A stretch of DNA of 64,000 nucleotides from a plasmid: sequence record NZ_CP118102.1, one strand, 5' to 3'. Made by a program: the position numbers and the translations under genes. Shown here piece by piece: positions 53,089 through 63,401 of this stretch. The notes beneath the pieces are model-generated. The model was not told where the DNA came from. It was given only the letters and a program-made list of their open reading frames with translations, and did no database searches. Positions within the stretch are counted from its first letter, which is position 1. Each line of letters starts with the position of its first letter.

Positions 53089-54567
53089 ATGTCATTAATT
53101 AATGTGCAAAACCTTACGTTCGCCTATGACGGCAGCTACGATAACATTTTCGAAAACGCGAGCTTTCAGATCGATACCGATTGGAAGCTCGGATTCACGG
53201 GGAGGAACGGCAGAGGGAAGACGACGTTCCTCAACCTGCTGCTGGGCAAATACGAATATGAGGGAACGATTCACGCGAGCGTGGATTTCGAGTATTTTCC
53301 GTTCCCCGTGCGGAACAAAGAAAGCAATACGTTGGACGTCGTCGACGAAATATTGCCGGACTACGAGTATTGGCAATTGTCGCGCGAGCTGTCGCTGCTC
53401 AAGCTGTCGGACGACGTGCTGTACCGTCCGTTCGAATCGCTGTCCAACGGGGAACAGACGAAGGTGCTGCTGGCCGCGCTGTTTCTGAAGGAAAACAGCT
53501 TCCTGCTGATCGACGAACCGACGAACCATCTGGACTTGAACGCCAGACGAATCGTGAGCGACTACTTGAAGGCCAAGAAAGGCTTCATTCTCGTCTCGCA
53601 CGACCGTGCCTTCCTCGACAACTGCGTGGATCACGTTCTGTCCATCAACAAGACGAATATCGAGATTCAGCGCGGCAATTTCTCCGACTGGTGGGACAAT
53701 AAGCAGCGCCAGGACAACTTCGAGCAGGCCGAGAACGAGAAGCTGAAGAAGGACATCAAGCGTCTGAACGAAGCGGCCAAGCGGACGAGCAAGTGGTCGG
53801 ACGAGGTGGAGAAGTCGAAAACCGGCATCCGGAACGCCGACTTCTTCGTGGACAGAGGCTATATCGGCCATAAGGCCGCGAAAATGATGAAGCGTTCCAA
53901 ATCGATGGAGCGCAGGCAGCAAGAGGCGATCGACGAGAAGTCGAAGCTGCTTAAAAACGTCGAAAATGCGGAACAGCTGAAGCTTGCGCAGCTTGCTTAC
54001 CATAAAAGCCGGCTTGTCGAGCTCGACCGGGTATCGATCCGCTACGGGGAGAGAACGGCGTGCGAGGACGTCGGCTTCACGGTCGAGCAAGGGGACAGAA
54101 TCGCGCTAATGGGACCGAACGGTTCCGGCAAATCGAGCATTCTCAAGCTGATTTGCGGGGAAAAGCTTGAGTACGACGGTACGCTCAGGGTGGGAAGCCA
54201 GCTCAAAATTTCCTACGTCTCGCAGGACACGTCGTTTTTGCGCGGCAGCTTGACGGATTACGCGAGGAGCAGCGGCATCGACGAAAGCTTGTTCAAGTCC
54301 ATTTTGCGCAAGCTCGACTTTGCCCGGGTTCAGTTCGAGAAGGACATGTCCGCCTACAGCGGCGGGCAGAAGAAGAAGGTGCTGATCGCGCGCAGCCTAA
54401 GCGAGCAGGCGCATCTGCACGTATGGGACGAACCGCTCAACTTCGTGGACGTCATCTCCCGCATGCAGATCGAAGAGCTGCTGTTGGAGCATTCGCCGAC
54501 GCTTCTGTTCGTGGAGCACGACAGCGAGTTCTGCGACAATATCGCGACTAAGGTCGTGCGGCTGTAA
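53089..54567 (+). CDS. ABC-F family protein (tandem ATP-binding domains, no TM domain); likely antibiotic-resistance (ARE/Lsa/VmlR-like) ribosomal protection type
   Basis: Two Walker A motifs (GRNGRGKTT, GPNGSGKSS). Two ABC signatures (LSNGEQTK, YSGGQKKK). Charged interdomain linker. Confidence 0.7.
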   Translation: MSLINVQNLTFAYDGSYDNIFENASFQIDTDWKLGFTGRNGRGKTTFLNLLLGKYEYEGTIHASVDFEYFPFPVRNKESNTLDVVDEILPDYEYWQLSRELSLLKLSDDVLYRPFESLSNGEQTKVLLAALFLKENSFLLIDEPTNHLDLNARRIVSDYLKAKKGFILVSHDRAFLDNCVDHVLSINKTNIEIQRGNFSDWWDNKQRQDNFEQAENEKLKKDIKRLNEAAKRTSKWSDEVEKSKTGIRNADFFVDRGYIGHKAAKMMKRSKSMERRQQEAIDEKSKLLKNVENAEQLKLAQLAYHKSRLVELDRVSIRYGERTACEDVGFTVEQGDRIALMGPNGSGKSSILKLICGEKLEYDGTLRVGSQLKISYVSQDTSFLRGSLTDYARSSGIDESLFKSILRKLDFARVQFEKDMSAYSGGQKKKVLIARSLSEQAHLHVWDEPLNFVDVISRMQIEELLLEHSPTLLFVEHDSEFCDNIATKVVRL

Positions 54568-54581
54568 TAGGGGGATTGGCG

Positions 54582-55130
54582 GGGCTGCAACCGGATGGGA
54601 TCGGGTTAGAGTGAGTCGAGGCGTGTGTTTAGGGCTGCAACCGGACTGGGTCGGGTTAGAGCGAGCGTCGGCGCATTTTTAGGGCTGCAACCGGATGGGA
54701 TCGGGTTAGAGCGAGCAGCGGCGTGTGTTTAGGGCTGCAGCCGGACTGGGTCGGGTTAGAGCGAGCGTCGGCGCATTTTTAGGGCTGCAGCCGGATTGGG
54801 GCGGGTTAGAGCGAGCGTCGGCGTGTGTTTAGGGCTGCAGCCGGACTGGGTCGGGTTAGAGCGAGCGTCGGCGCATTTTTAGGGCTGCAGCCGGATTGGG
54901 GCGGGTTAGAGCGAGCGTCGGCGTGTGTTTAGGGCTGCAACCGGATTGGGATCGGGTTAGAGCGAGCCACGGCGCATTTTTAGAGCTGTAGCCGGGTTAG
55001 GTCGGGTTAGAGCGAGCCGCGGCGCATTTTTAGGGCTGCAGCCGGATGGGGGCGAGTTAGAGTGAGCGTCGGCGCATTTTTAGGGTTGTAGCCGGATGGG
55101 ATCGGGTTGGAGCGAGAGAATAGAGGTTGG
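54582..55130. repeat. Tandem array of about 11 copies of a 50-bp repeat (GGGCTGCAACCGGATGGGATCGGGTTAGAGCGAGCGTCGGCG[CATTTTT or TGTGTTT]A), with a 100-bp higher-order period
   Basis: Units start every 50 bp from 54582. Units 4-5 are exactly duplicated as units 6-7. No unique spacers. Confidence 0.85.
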
Positions 55131-55140
55131 TGAAGCTTGT

Positions 55141-55172
55141 AGCCCGACTGCGTCGGGCTATTCTTTCTGTCC
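55141..55172 (+). terminator. Possible terminator hairpin after the repeat array
   Basis: agcccgac-tgcg-tcgggct hairpin followed by ATTCTTTCTGT. Confidence 0.35.
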
Positions 55173-55310
55173 ATCATTTTTGTCGGACTGACTCATGGGG
55201 ATAGCCCCTTCATCATGCAGCAGAGTTGATATTGCAATTAAAATGAGATAAAATGATATCAAATGATAGATCATACTATCATATACAGTGAAAAGGAGGA
55301 GGAAGAAGCT

Positions 55311-55889
55311 ATGAGCAGCGGCAGAACGGCAGCCAAGGAGGCGAAGCTTCGCGCCATTCTCGACGCGGCGACGGAACTGCTCGTCGAGAAGCCGACCGCT
55401 TCGTTAAACGATATCGCAGAATACGCCGGCATCGGCATCGCCACGCTGCACCGCTATATCGAAAGCAGGGAGCAGCTTATGCTGCAGCTCGGCCTGCGGG
55501 CGGTCGAGGTTGTGGAGGAGACGTTAAGGCGGATTCGGCCCGTCGGGGAGATCGGCGACGATTACATTCGGGAGCTGATCGAAGCGCTTATTCCGCTTGG
55601 CGACAAGATCAACTTCCTCGCCAACGAAACATCGCTTCACTACAGCGAAGAGATGGGCGCTGCCGAAGCAAGGGTGAAGGAGCCGATCCGGGAAGCGATC
55701 CGATCGCTCCAGAGCGGGGGCGCATTCCGCGAGGATATGAGCGCGGACTGGATTTTGGAAGTGCTGTATTCGCTGCTGTTCGTTACCTGGCAGCAGGTTC
55801 ACGAGGGGCGCATCGCCAGCAAATCGGCGGCGAAGCAGTTTATCGACACGTTGTATCACGGTGTGGCGGCAGACGCGGATCGCGGCTGA
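55311..55889 (+). CDS. TetR-family transcriptional repressor (Bm3R1-like position upstream of the P450 gene)
   Basis: N-terminal HTH '[18 protein letters not shown]'. RBS AAAGGAGGAGG. Palindrome ATGATAGATCATACTATCAT just upstream. Confidence 0.75.
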   Translation: MSSGRTAAKEAKLRAILDAATELLVEKPTASLNDIAEYAGIGIATLHRYIESREQLMLQLGLRAVEVVEETLRRIRPVGEIGDDYIRELIEALIPLGDKINFLANETSLHYSEEMGAAEARVKEPIREAIRSLQSGGAFREDMSADWILEVLYSLLFVTWQQVHEGRIASKSAAKQFIDTLYHGVAADADRG

Positions 55890-55920
55890 CGATATCCAAT
55901 CGGAGAGGATGTGGAGCGCG

Positions 55921-58900
55921 ATGAAGACCGGTTATGTTCCCGAACCGAAATCCTACGGCTTGCTTGGCCATCTGTCTTTGATCGATAAAGAAAAGCCGAC
56001 CCTGTCCATGTGCAAGCTGGCGGAGGAGCTCGGCCCGATCTACCGGCTGCGGGGCCCCGGATTTTCCATGCTTGTCGTGTCGGGACACAAGCTAGCGGCG
56101 GAAGTGTGCGACGTATCCCGGTTCGACAAGAACGTCTACGGCGAATTGCAGAACGTGCGCGCCTTCAGCGGCGACGGGCTGTTCACGAGCTGGACGCACG
56201 AGCCGAACTGGCGCAAGGCGCACAACATTTTGCTGCCGACGTTCAGCCAGCAGGCGATGAAAGGTTACCACGACATGATGACGGATATCGCTCTGCAGCT
56301 CGTGCAGAAATGGGCGCGGCTGAATTCCGACGAGAGCATCGACGTGGCTGACGACATGACTCGGCTTACGCTCGATACGATTGGCTTATGCGGTTTTAAC
56401 TATCGATTCAACAGCTTCTACAAGGAGAGCCACAGCCCGTTTATCGTCAGCATGGTGCGCGCGCTGAACGAGGCGATGAATAGGAGCGGACGGCTCGGCA
56501 TCCAGAATTTCTTCATGGTCAAGACGAAGCGGCAGTTCCAGGAAGATATCGCGACGATGTTCGAACTGGTGGACAAAATTATCGCCGAGCGAAAGGCCAA
56601 GGGGAGCCAAGGCGACGTCGATCTGCTGGCCCGCATGCTGAGCGGCAAAGACCCGCAGACGGGGGAGACGCTGGACGATGAGAACATCCGCTACCAGATC
56701 ATCACCTTCCTCATTGCCGGACACGAGACGACGAGCGGCCTGCTGTCGTTTGCGCTCTATTTTCTGCTGAAAAATCCGTCCGCGCTCAAGAACGCCTGCG
56801 AGGAAGTCGACCGCGTGCTGACCGGATCGATCCCGACGCACAAGCAGGTTACCCAACTGAAGTACATCCGCATGATTCTGAACGAGTCGCTGCGCCTGTG
56901 GCCGACCGCTCCGGGGTTCGACTTGTACGCCAAGGAGGACACGGTGATCGGCGGGCAGTATCCGATGAAAAAAGGAGACACCGTCAGCGTGCTGCTGCCG
57001 CAGCTTCATCGCGATAAAGAGGCATGGGGAGAGGATGCCGACTCGTTCCGCCCGGAGCGGTTCGAGGATCCGTCCAAGGTGCCGAATCATGCCTACAAGC
57101 CGTTCGGCAACGGAGAGCGCGCCTGCATCGGCATGCAGTTCGCGCTGTATGAGGCCACGCTTGTGCTCGGCATGATTGTCAGGCATTTCGAGCTGATCGA
57201 TCACCGCGACTATCAGCTGGACGTAAAGCAGACGCTGACGATTAAGCCCGGCGACTTCACGATGCGCGTCCGTCTTCGTCCTGGACGGCAAGTATCGGCG
57301 GCAAGCGCGGCTCCGGCAGCGGCTGAAGAGATCGCCGGGCAGCAGGAGGAGCGCCAGCCGCTTGCTCCGACCGCCGTGCCGGGGGCGGAGAAGACGTCCT
57401 TGCTCGTGCTGTACGGCTCCAACCTCGGAACGGCGGAAGGCATTGCCCGGGCGGCGGCCGATTCGGCCCGCGCATTCGGCATGAAGGGCGAGGTCGCGCC
57501 GCTTAACGATTGGGCCGGCAAGCTGCCGACGGACGGAGCGGTGCTGATCGTGACCGCGTCCTATAACGGCAAGCCTCCGCAGAATGCAGCCGGCTTCGTG
57601 AAATGGCTGGAGCAGGCCAAGCCGGGGGAACTGGAAGGCGTGCGCTACGCAGTGCTCGGCTGCGGCGACCGCAACTGGTCGAACACGTACCAGAGCGTAC
57701 CGCGATATATCGACGAGCTGCTTGAGAGGAAGGGCGGCCGCAGAATTTCCGCCCGGGCGGAAGCTGATGCCGGCGGCGATACGGAAAAACAGCTCGGGCA
57801 GTGGAGGCGGGCGCTGTGGGCGGATATCGGCAAAACGTTCGAGCTGAACGTCGGCGGAGACGAGGGGCGGGAAGGGCCGGCGCTGGGCGTTCGGTTCGTC
57901 AACGCGCCGCCGGACGTTCCCTTCGCGCGAACCTACGGCGCCGCGTACGCCGACGTGCGCGACAACTGCGAGCTTCAGTCGGAGGGCAGCGGGCGGAGCA
58001 CGCGCCATCTCGAAATCGCCGTACCGGCAGGAACGGCATACCGGGAGGGCGATCACCTCGGCGTGCTGCCGGTTAACGGCAAGGATAACGTCGACCGCGC
58101 CATTCGCCGCTTCCGTCTTAACGCGAGCAGCCAATTGATCTTGACCGCGGAGGGGAGCGGCGCTGCGCATCTGCCGCTGAACCGTCCCGTGAACGCAGGC
58201 GATCTGCTCAGCCATTGCGTGGAGCTGCAGGAGCCGGCGACCCGCGCGCAATTGCGGGAGATGGCCGCGTATACGGTCTGCCCGCCGCATAAGCGCGAGT
58301 TGGAGAGCTGCCTGGAAGAGGCCGCTTACGAGGAGCGCATTCTGAACCCGCGTGTATCGATGCTGGATTTGCTCGACAAATACGAAGCGTGCGAGCTGCC
58401 CTTCGAGAAATTTCTGGAGCTGCTCCCGCCGCTTAAGCCGCGCTACTATTCGATCTCCAGCTCGCCGCGCGTCCAGCCGGAACGGCTAAGCATAACGGTT
58501 GCCGTCGTCCGGGAGCCGGCCCGAAGCGGGTTGGGCGAATATCGCGGCGTCGCTTCCACTTACTTGGCCGGCCGTCAAGCGGGCGACGACGTGCTCGTAT
58601 TCGTCCGCTCGCCCGAATCGGGCTTCCGTCTGCCGGAAGATCCGGCTGCGCCGATCGTTATGGTCGGGCCGGGAACGGGCGTGGCCCCGTTCCGGGGTTT
58701 CCTTCAGGCGCGGGCGGAACTGAAGAAGCAAGGAGCCGGGCTTGGCGAGGCTCATCTGTTCTTCGGCTGCCGGAGCGAGGCGGATCATCTGTACCGGGAA
58801 GAGCTGGAGCAGTACGAGAAGGAGCGCATCGTTACGCTTCATACCGCCTATTCGCGGATGGAAGGAAAGTCCAAGACGTATGTGCAGCATTTGCTGTCCC

Positions 58901-59109
58901 GCAACGCCGCCGAAATCATCCGTTTGTTATCCGAGCAAGGCCATCTTTACCTTTGCGGAGACGGCGTCAGGATGGCGCCAGACGTCGAAGCCGCGCTGAT
59001 GCAGGCATATCGCGACGAGCGGGGAGCGACGCCGCAGGAGGCGGCGGATTGGCTGCTCGCCCTGGAGCATGAAGGCCGGTACGCAAAAGACGTGTGGGTC
59101 GGAAAATAG
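55921..59109 (+). CDS. Self-sufficient cytochrome P450 fused to an NADPH-P450 reductase (CYP102/P450 BM3-like)
   Basis: '[14 protein letters not shown]' heme-Cys motif. 'AGHETTS' I-helix. Flavodoxin-like ([13 protein letters not shown]) and FAD/NADPH domains. 1,062 aa. Confidence 0.9.
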   Translation: MKTGYVPEPKSYGLLGHLSLIDKEKPTLSMCKLAEELGPIYRLRGPGFSMLVVSGHKLAAEVCDVSRFDKNVYGELQNVRAFSGDGLFTSWTHEPNWRKAHNILLPTFSQQAMKGYHDMMTDIALQLVQKWARLNSDESIDVADDMTRLTLDTIGLCGFNYRFNSFYKESHSPFIVSMVRALNEAMNRSGRLGIQNFFMVKTKRQFQEDIATMFELVDKIIAERKAKGSQGDVDLLARMLSGKDPQTGETLDDENIRYQIITFLIAGHETTSGLLSFALYFLLKNPSALKNACEEVDRVLTGSIPTHKQVTQLKYIRMILNESLRLWPTAPGFDLYAKEDTVIGGQYPMKKGDTVSVLLPQLHRDKEAWGEDADSFRPERFEDPSKVPNHAYKPFGNGERACIGMQFALYEATLVLGMIVRHFELIDHRDYQLDVKQTLTIKPGDFTMRVRLRPGRQVSAASAAPAAAEEIAGQQEERQPLAPTAVPGAEKTSLLVLYGSNLGTAEGIARAAADSARAFGMKGEVAPLNDWAGKLPTDGAVLIVTASYNGKPPQNAAGFVKWLEQAKPGELEGVRYAVLGCGDRNWSNTYQSVPRYIDELLERKGGRRISARAEADAGGDTEKQLGQWRRALWADIGKTFELNVGGDEGREGPALGVRFVNAPPDVPFARTYGAAYADVRDNCELQSEGSGRSTRHLEIAVPAGTAYREGDHLGVLPVNGKDNVDRAIRRFRLNASSQLILTAEGSGAAHLPLNRPVNAGDLLSHCVELQEPATRAQLREMAAYTVCPPHKRELESCLEEAAYEERILNPRVSMLDLLDKYEACELPFEKFLELLPPLKPRYYSISSSPRVQPERLSITVAVVREPARSGLGEYRGVASTYLAGRQAGDDVLVFVRSPESGFRLPEDPAAPIVMVGPGTGVAPFRGFLQARAELKKQGAGLGEAHLFFGCRSEADHLYREELEQYEKERIVTLHTAYSRMEGKSKTYVQHLLSRNAAEIIRLLSEQGHLYLCGDGVRMAPDVEAALMQAYRDERGATPQEAADWLLALEHEGRYAKDVWVGK

Positions 59110-59232
59110 CAAAGAAGGTCTCGGGCCGTCAAGAAGCGAATGTAATCTTGACGGCTTTTTCGGCTATGTTGCGATCGCAGGCAACGACGGCTTCGGCCAG
59201 CCAATTCGACTCGTCCGTCAGGAGGGCTTGCA

Positions 59233-60947
59233 TGACTTCTCAACCGCCTCTCGCCGGCAGAGCTTCCGCCGGAGCCGGCGCGGGCGCGGCGCGACTGCTG
59301 AAGCGCACCGGCATTGCCTCGGCGCTGTTAGTCGCGCTGTTCGCCGGACTGCTGCAGGTTCGCGCTCCGCAGCCCGCCGGTCCGGACGCTCCGGCCGACG
59401 CGTTCTCCGCCGCACGCGCGATGGAGAAGGTCGGTGTCATCGCCGCCGAGCCGCGTCCTGCCGGATCGCCCGCCCATGACAGGGTGAGGGATTTTTTGCT
59501 GGCGGAGCTTACAGGGCTCGGACTTCAGCCGGAGGTGCAGACGGCGGAAGCCGATTCGATATGGGAACCCGGGCGTCGCGTCCCCATCGAAAATATCATC
59601 GCACGTTTTCCCGGCACGGCCGGCGGCAGCGGCAAAGCCGTCTTGCTCATGGCGCATTACGATTCCGTCCCGGGCACTCCGGGAGCGGGAGATAACGCGG
59701 CGGCCATCGCCGCCATGCTCGAAACGGCGCGGGCGCTTAGAGCGGGCGAACCGCTCAAGAACGACGTGCTGCTGCTTATGACGGACGGGGAAGAAATGGG
59801 GCTGCACGGAGCCAAAGCGTTTGCGTACGAGCACCCGTTGGCAAGGAGCGTCGGGCTGGCGCTTAATTTCGACGCGCGGGGCAATCGCGGGCCTTCCTTT
59901 ATGTTCGAGACGAGCGAGGACAACGGCGGCCTGATCCGGGAATTCGTTCGGGGGGCTCCGCAGCCGGTAGCGTATTCCCTGCTGCATTATGCGTATAACC
60001 TGCTGTCCAACGAAACCGATCTGACCCCGCTTATGGACAGCGGGCTGCCCGGCATGAACTTCGTGTTCGCCATGGGGCTGAACGCTTACCACAAGGAGAG
60101 CGATACGCCGGACAATCTGGACGCCGCAAGCCTGCAGCACCACGGCAGCTATATGCTGGGCCTTGCGAGGCATTTCGGTGGATTGGACCTGGAGAATATC
60201 CGGCGGGAGGATAGAGTGTATTTCAACGTTTTCGGCGGAACGATGGTCAGCTATACGCACACTTGGGCGGTCGGTCTGACACTGCCGTGCGCGCTGCTGC
60301 TCCTCGCCACGCTATGGCACGGATTCAAACGGCGGCGCTTGACCGTCGGAGGACTGGGAGGCGGCCTGCTGCTGGCGCTGCTCGGCATAGGCCTGACATA
60401 CGGAATCGGAGCGCTGGCATGGTCGATCGTTCGGGCCGAGGCGTCGCCTCCTCAATATGCGGAGATCGTGGAAGACCCGATCGTCTCCGCGTTCTATTTT
60501 GTCGGCGTGCTGGCATTGGCGCTGGCGATCGCGTTTGTGCCGGTTCGGCTCGTCTCCCGATTGATTCGGGCGGACGATCTGTGGGGCGGCGCGCTGCTGC
60601 TGTGGATGCTGTTATGCGCAGGAACGGCGCTGTGGCTGCCGGGCGGGAGCTACCTGCTGCTGTGGCCGCTCCTGTTCAGCTTGATCGGCTTGAACGTCAG
60701 CTTCGCCGTGCAACGGAATGCGGCCGGGATGCTCTCCGCTCTATCGGCGATGCCGGGCATCGCACTTTTCGCGCCGGTCGCGTATTTGACGTTCGTTATG
60801 CTCACGTCGGAAATGACGGCAGAGCTCGTCGCGTTCTCGACGCTTCCGTGCACGCTCATCTATCCGCTGTTGAAGGGCGCGGGACGCAATGGGAACGGGA
60901 AGGGCGCCAGTAGAGGGAAAGAGGAAATGGAGGAGCAATTGACTTGA
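59233..60947 (+). CDS. M28-family peptidase with a C-terminal multi-TM domain
   Basis: 'MAHYDSVPGTPGAGDNAAAIAAMLE' and 'DGEEMGLHGA' Zn-ligand blocks. About 6 hydrophobic segments. Confidence 0.6.
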
Positions 60948-61735
60948 TTCGAGAATTAACGCCGGATGAGCTTGATCAAATTTTAAGTACGATAGACAGG
61001 AAACGTCATTTTCTATACTACTCGTATCTCACGATCCGCAGGCCCAACACGATTCATTTCGGACAGTATTCGGAGCGGGGGGAACTGCTCGGCGTATTGG
61101 CTTTTTTAAGAGGACTGCCGTTTCACGCCTTCTCCGTGTATCCTCTGGCCTGTTCGTTCCGGATAGGACCGCTGTTGTCGTTCGCGCGAACGCGGCTGAG
61201 TCTGCCGGACGGCGCCACAGGCAGCTTTATCGTCAACTCGAAGGATTTGGCCGATCTGGAGGCGCAGCTGAGATGGACGGGATCTCCAAGGGAACTGCTG
61301 CTGATGAAGCACGTTCGCGAAGAGATTTTGCCTTTGCCGTCTGAAGGACCGCAGGTTCAACTGCTCGACGCTTCGTATTTCGGCCGGATCGAGGCCAAGC
61401 AGCGGGAGTGGAACGCGATGGCTTTTTCCCGGGAAGAACTGAACTATCCGTTCTACGGGGTGACGGAGCAGGGGGAGCTGGTGGCGGCGGGCGGCTACCA
61501 TGTCTTTACCGACGAATACGCGGAGCTGGGGAACATAGGAACGGACGTTGCGCGAAGAAGGAGGGGGCTCGGAACAAAAGTGTGCGCGGAGCTGACCCGC
61601 CATGGAAGGGCGGCTTGCGCCGAAGTGTACTTGAACGTGCTGACGGAAAACGAAGGCGCGGTTCGACTGTACGAATCGCTGGGCTACGAGATCGTGTGCA
61701 GGCAGTATATTGCCGAATTCGCCGTCGAGGGCTGA
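60944..61735 (+). CDS. GNAT-family N-acetyltransferase
   Basis: C-terminal 'RRRGLGTKVCAEL...LYESLGYE' acetyl-CoA-binding pattern. TTG start. Confidence 0.5.
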   Translation: MIRELTPDELDQILSTIDRKRHFLYYSYLTIRRPNTIHFGQYSERGELLGVLAFLRGLPFHAFSVYPLACSFRIGPLLSFARTRLSLPDGATGSFIVNSKDLADLEAQLRWTGSPRELLLMKHVREEILPLPSEGPQVQLLDASYFGRIEAKQREWNAMAFSREELNYPFYGVTEQGELVAAGGYHVFTDEYAELGNIGTDVARRRRGLGTKVCAELTRHGRAACAEVYLNVLTENEGAVRLYESLGYEIVCRQYIAEFAVEG

Positions 61736-61879
61736 AGAATGCGCGCGGCTGGACGAAAAGGAAAGAGGGGCTGGGACAGCCCCCAACCCCTTAAATACGA
61801 GGGATGTTGTCAGGTTAATCTAAATTCGCGAGGTTGTAGGAGCAAATGTTCGCAATCGAACGACTCGGAATCGCATAGG

Positions 61880-62060
61880 ACGATGGGATAACGTTATGGG
61901 TTTCGGACGTTGACGGTTGAATGAAGGTTAGCGTTATGGCGTAACGTTATTTCATGGGTTCAGGACGAGATCGGGGGACAAATGGGGAAATAACGTTATG
62001 CCGTCGCTCTATTGGCCGCTAGCCTGGCCCGCGTCGGGCATTTAACGTTACGCCGTAACG
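61880..62060. repeat. Cluster of AACGTT-centred palindromes (ATAACGTTAT, GCGTAACGTTAT; a 30-bp near-perfect palindrome at 62029-62058) in a convergent intergenic region
   Basis: At least six AACGTTA(T/C)G copies seen, in direct and inverted pairs, followed by a CCA/CGA-rich tract (62070-62140). Confidence 0.6.
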
Positions 62061-62286
62061 TTATGCGATTACCGCCATCACCACGACCACCATCGCGACC
62101 ATCACCAACGACCACCATCGTCACGATCACGACGTCTACCCAACGGCAGTTGTTCCCCGCGAGCCAGGTTCCCGCCCACCCAACCTTGTGCAAAGGGATG
62201 GCGGTGTCGCGAAGCGTTGTTCCTGGCTGTATGCGTTGCTCCCTCTCTGGGGCTTAATCTGACCACATTGGGACAGCCCCCTCATC

Positions 62287-63330
62287 TTAACGGACGTAGA
62301 TGCCTCTTGCGTATTGTACGGGCGGTTCGGCTTTTCTGGCGACGGTCATAATCGCGTGAAGCGCCCAATAAGGATCGTTCAGCATACCCCGCCCGACGGC
62401 GACCAGTTCGGCGTCTCCGTTGCCCAAAGCGGCCTCGGCCAAGTGCGGCTGGTCCAAATTGCCGACGGCGATGATCGGCACGTTCAGCGCTTCCTTGAAG
62501 GCGCGCGCGAACGGAAGCTGATAGCCGGGATGATTGGCGGGCTTGCGGCTGCCCGGAGGCGCTTCGCCGCCGCTGGATACGTCGAACATATCGACGCCGG
62601 CGTCCTTGTAGCGCTTCGCGATCCGCAGCGCATGCGCGAGGTCGTAGCCGCCGTCCATGTATTCGACCGCGGACATGCGCATGATGAGCGGCATGTCCGC
62701 AGGCATGACGCTGCGCGCGGCCTGCACGATTTCCTCGCCGAAGCGAGCCGGATCGCGTCCGTATTCGTCGGAGCGATTGTTGATGCCCGGGGAATGGAAC
62801 TGGTGGATCAAGTAGCCGTGCGCGCCGTGCAGCTCGATCGTGTCGAAGCCGGCCTCGACGGCGCGGCGGACGGCGTCCCGGAACTTCCCGACCATCGTCC
62901 GGACTTCCTCGGCGCCCAGCGCCCGCGGACGCCGGGAGACCGGGTCTCCGTTCGCGCCCGGAACCGGGATATCCGACGCTCCGACGGGCGTCGGCGCATC
63001 CTCCGCTTTGCGTCCTGCGTGCGCGATCTGGATGCCGATTTTCGCCCCGTATTTATGTACCTCATCGACGATTCTCGCGAAGGCGGGAATTTGCTCGTCC
63101 GACCAGAGCCCCAAGTCGCGGTCGGTTATTCTTCCGTCCGGCTCCACGTCGGTCATCTCCACAATGATCAGTCCCGCGCCGCCTATCGCCCGGGAGACGT
63201 AATGAACGAAATGCCAATCGTTCGGCTTGCCGTCGTTCGTCTCGACGGAGTATTGGCACATGGGCGGCATGACGATGCGGTTTTTCAAGGCGAGCCCTTT
63301 CAGGGAAAAGGGGGAGTCTAGATGGGTCAT
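62287..63330 (-). CDS. NADH:flavin oxidoreductase, Old Yellow Enzyme family (YqjM/NamA-like)
   Basis: 'IVMPPMCQYS' N-terminus. 'GFDTIELHGAHGYLIHQF' signature. Confidence 0.85.
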   Translation of the reverse strand: MTHLDSPFSLKGLALKNRIVMPPMCQYSVETNDGKPNDWHFVHYVSRAIGGAGLIIVEMTDVEPDGRITDRDLGLWSDEQIPAFARIVDEVHKYGAKIGIQIAHAGRKAEDAPTPVGASDIPVPGANGDPVSRRPRALGAEEVRTMVGKFRDAVRRAVEAGFDTIELHGAHGYLIHQFHSPGINNRSDEYGRDPARFGEEIVQAARSVMPADMPLIMRMSAVEYMDGGYDLAHALRIAKRYKDAGVDMFDVSSGGEAPPGSRKPANHPGYQLPFARAFKEALNVPIIAVGNLDQPHLAEAALGNGDAELVAVGRGMLNDPYWALHAIMTVARKAEPPVQYARGIYVR

Positions 63331-63401
63331 CGCTGATCTCTCCTCAGTCTATATAGATTGAACCAATGAAACGGGAAGTTCAACCTATATAGTTAATGGT
63401 G

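Noticed and set aside
54582-55130. Possible CRISPR array
   Set aside because: Units are contiguous 50-bp repeats. The only variable segments are two alternating 14-bp variants, not unique spacers. No cas genes are nearby.
62012-62257. 81-aa ORF over the CCA/CGA-rich tract
   Set aside because: The low-complexity Pro/Thr/Ile run is generated by the triplet repeat. There is no RBS and the ORF overlaps antisense ORFs. It is more likely non-coding.
46303-63321. Numerous long antisense or overlapping ORFs in the high-GC block (for example 46303-47022, 47032-47676, 48087-48896, 50394-51473, 53095-54090, 56386-58290, 59328-60260, 60263-60913, 61106-61786, 62314-63321)
   Set aside because: They lie opposite or out of frame to genes with clear family motifs. 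High GC content suppresses stop codons, so these are expected artefacts.
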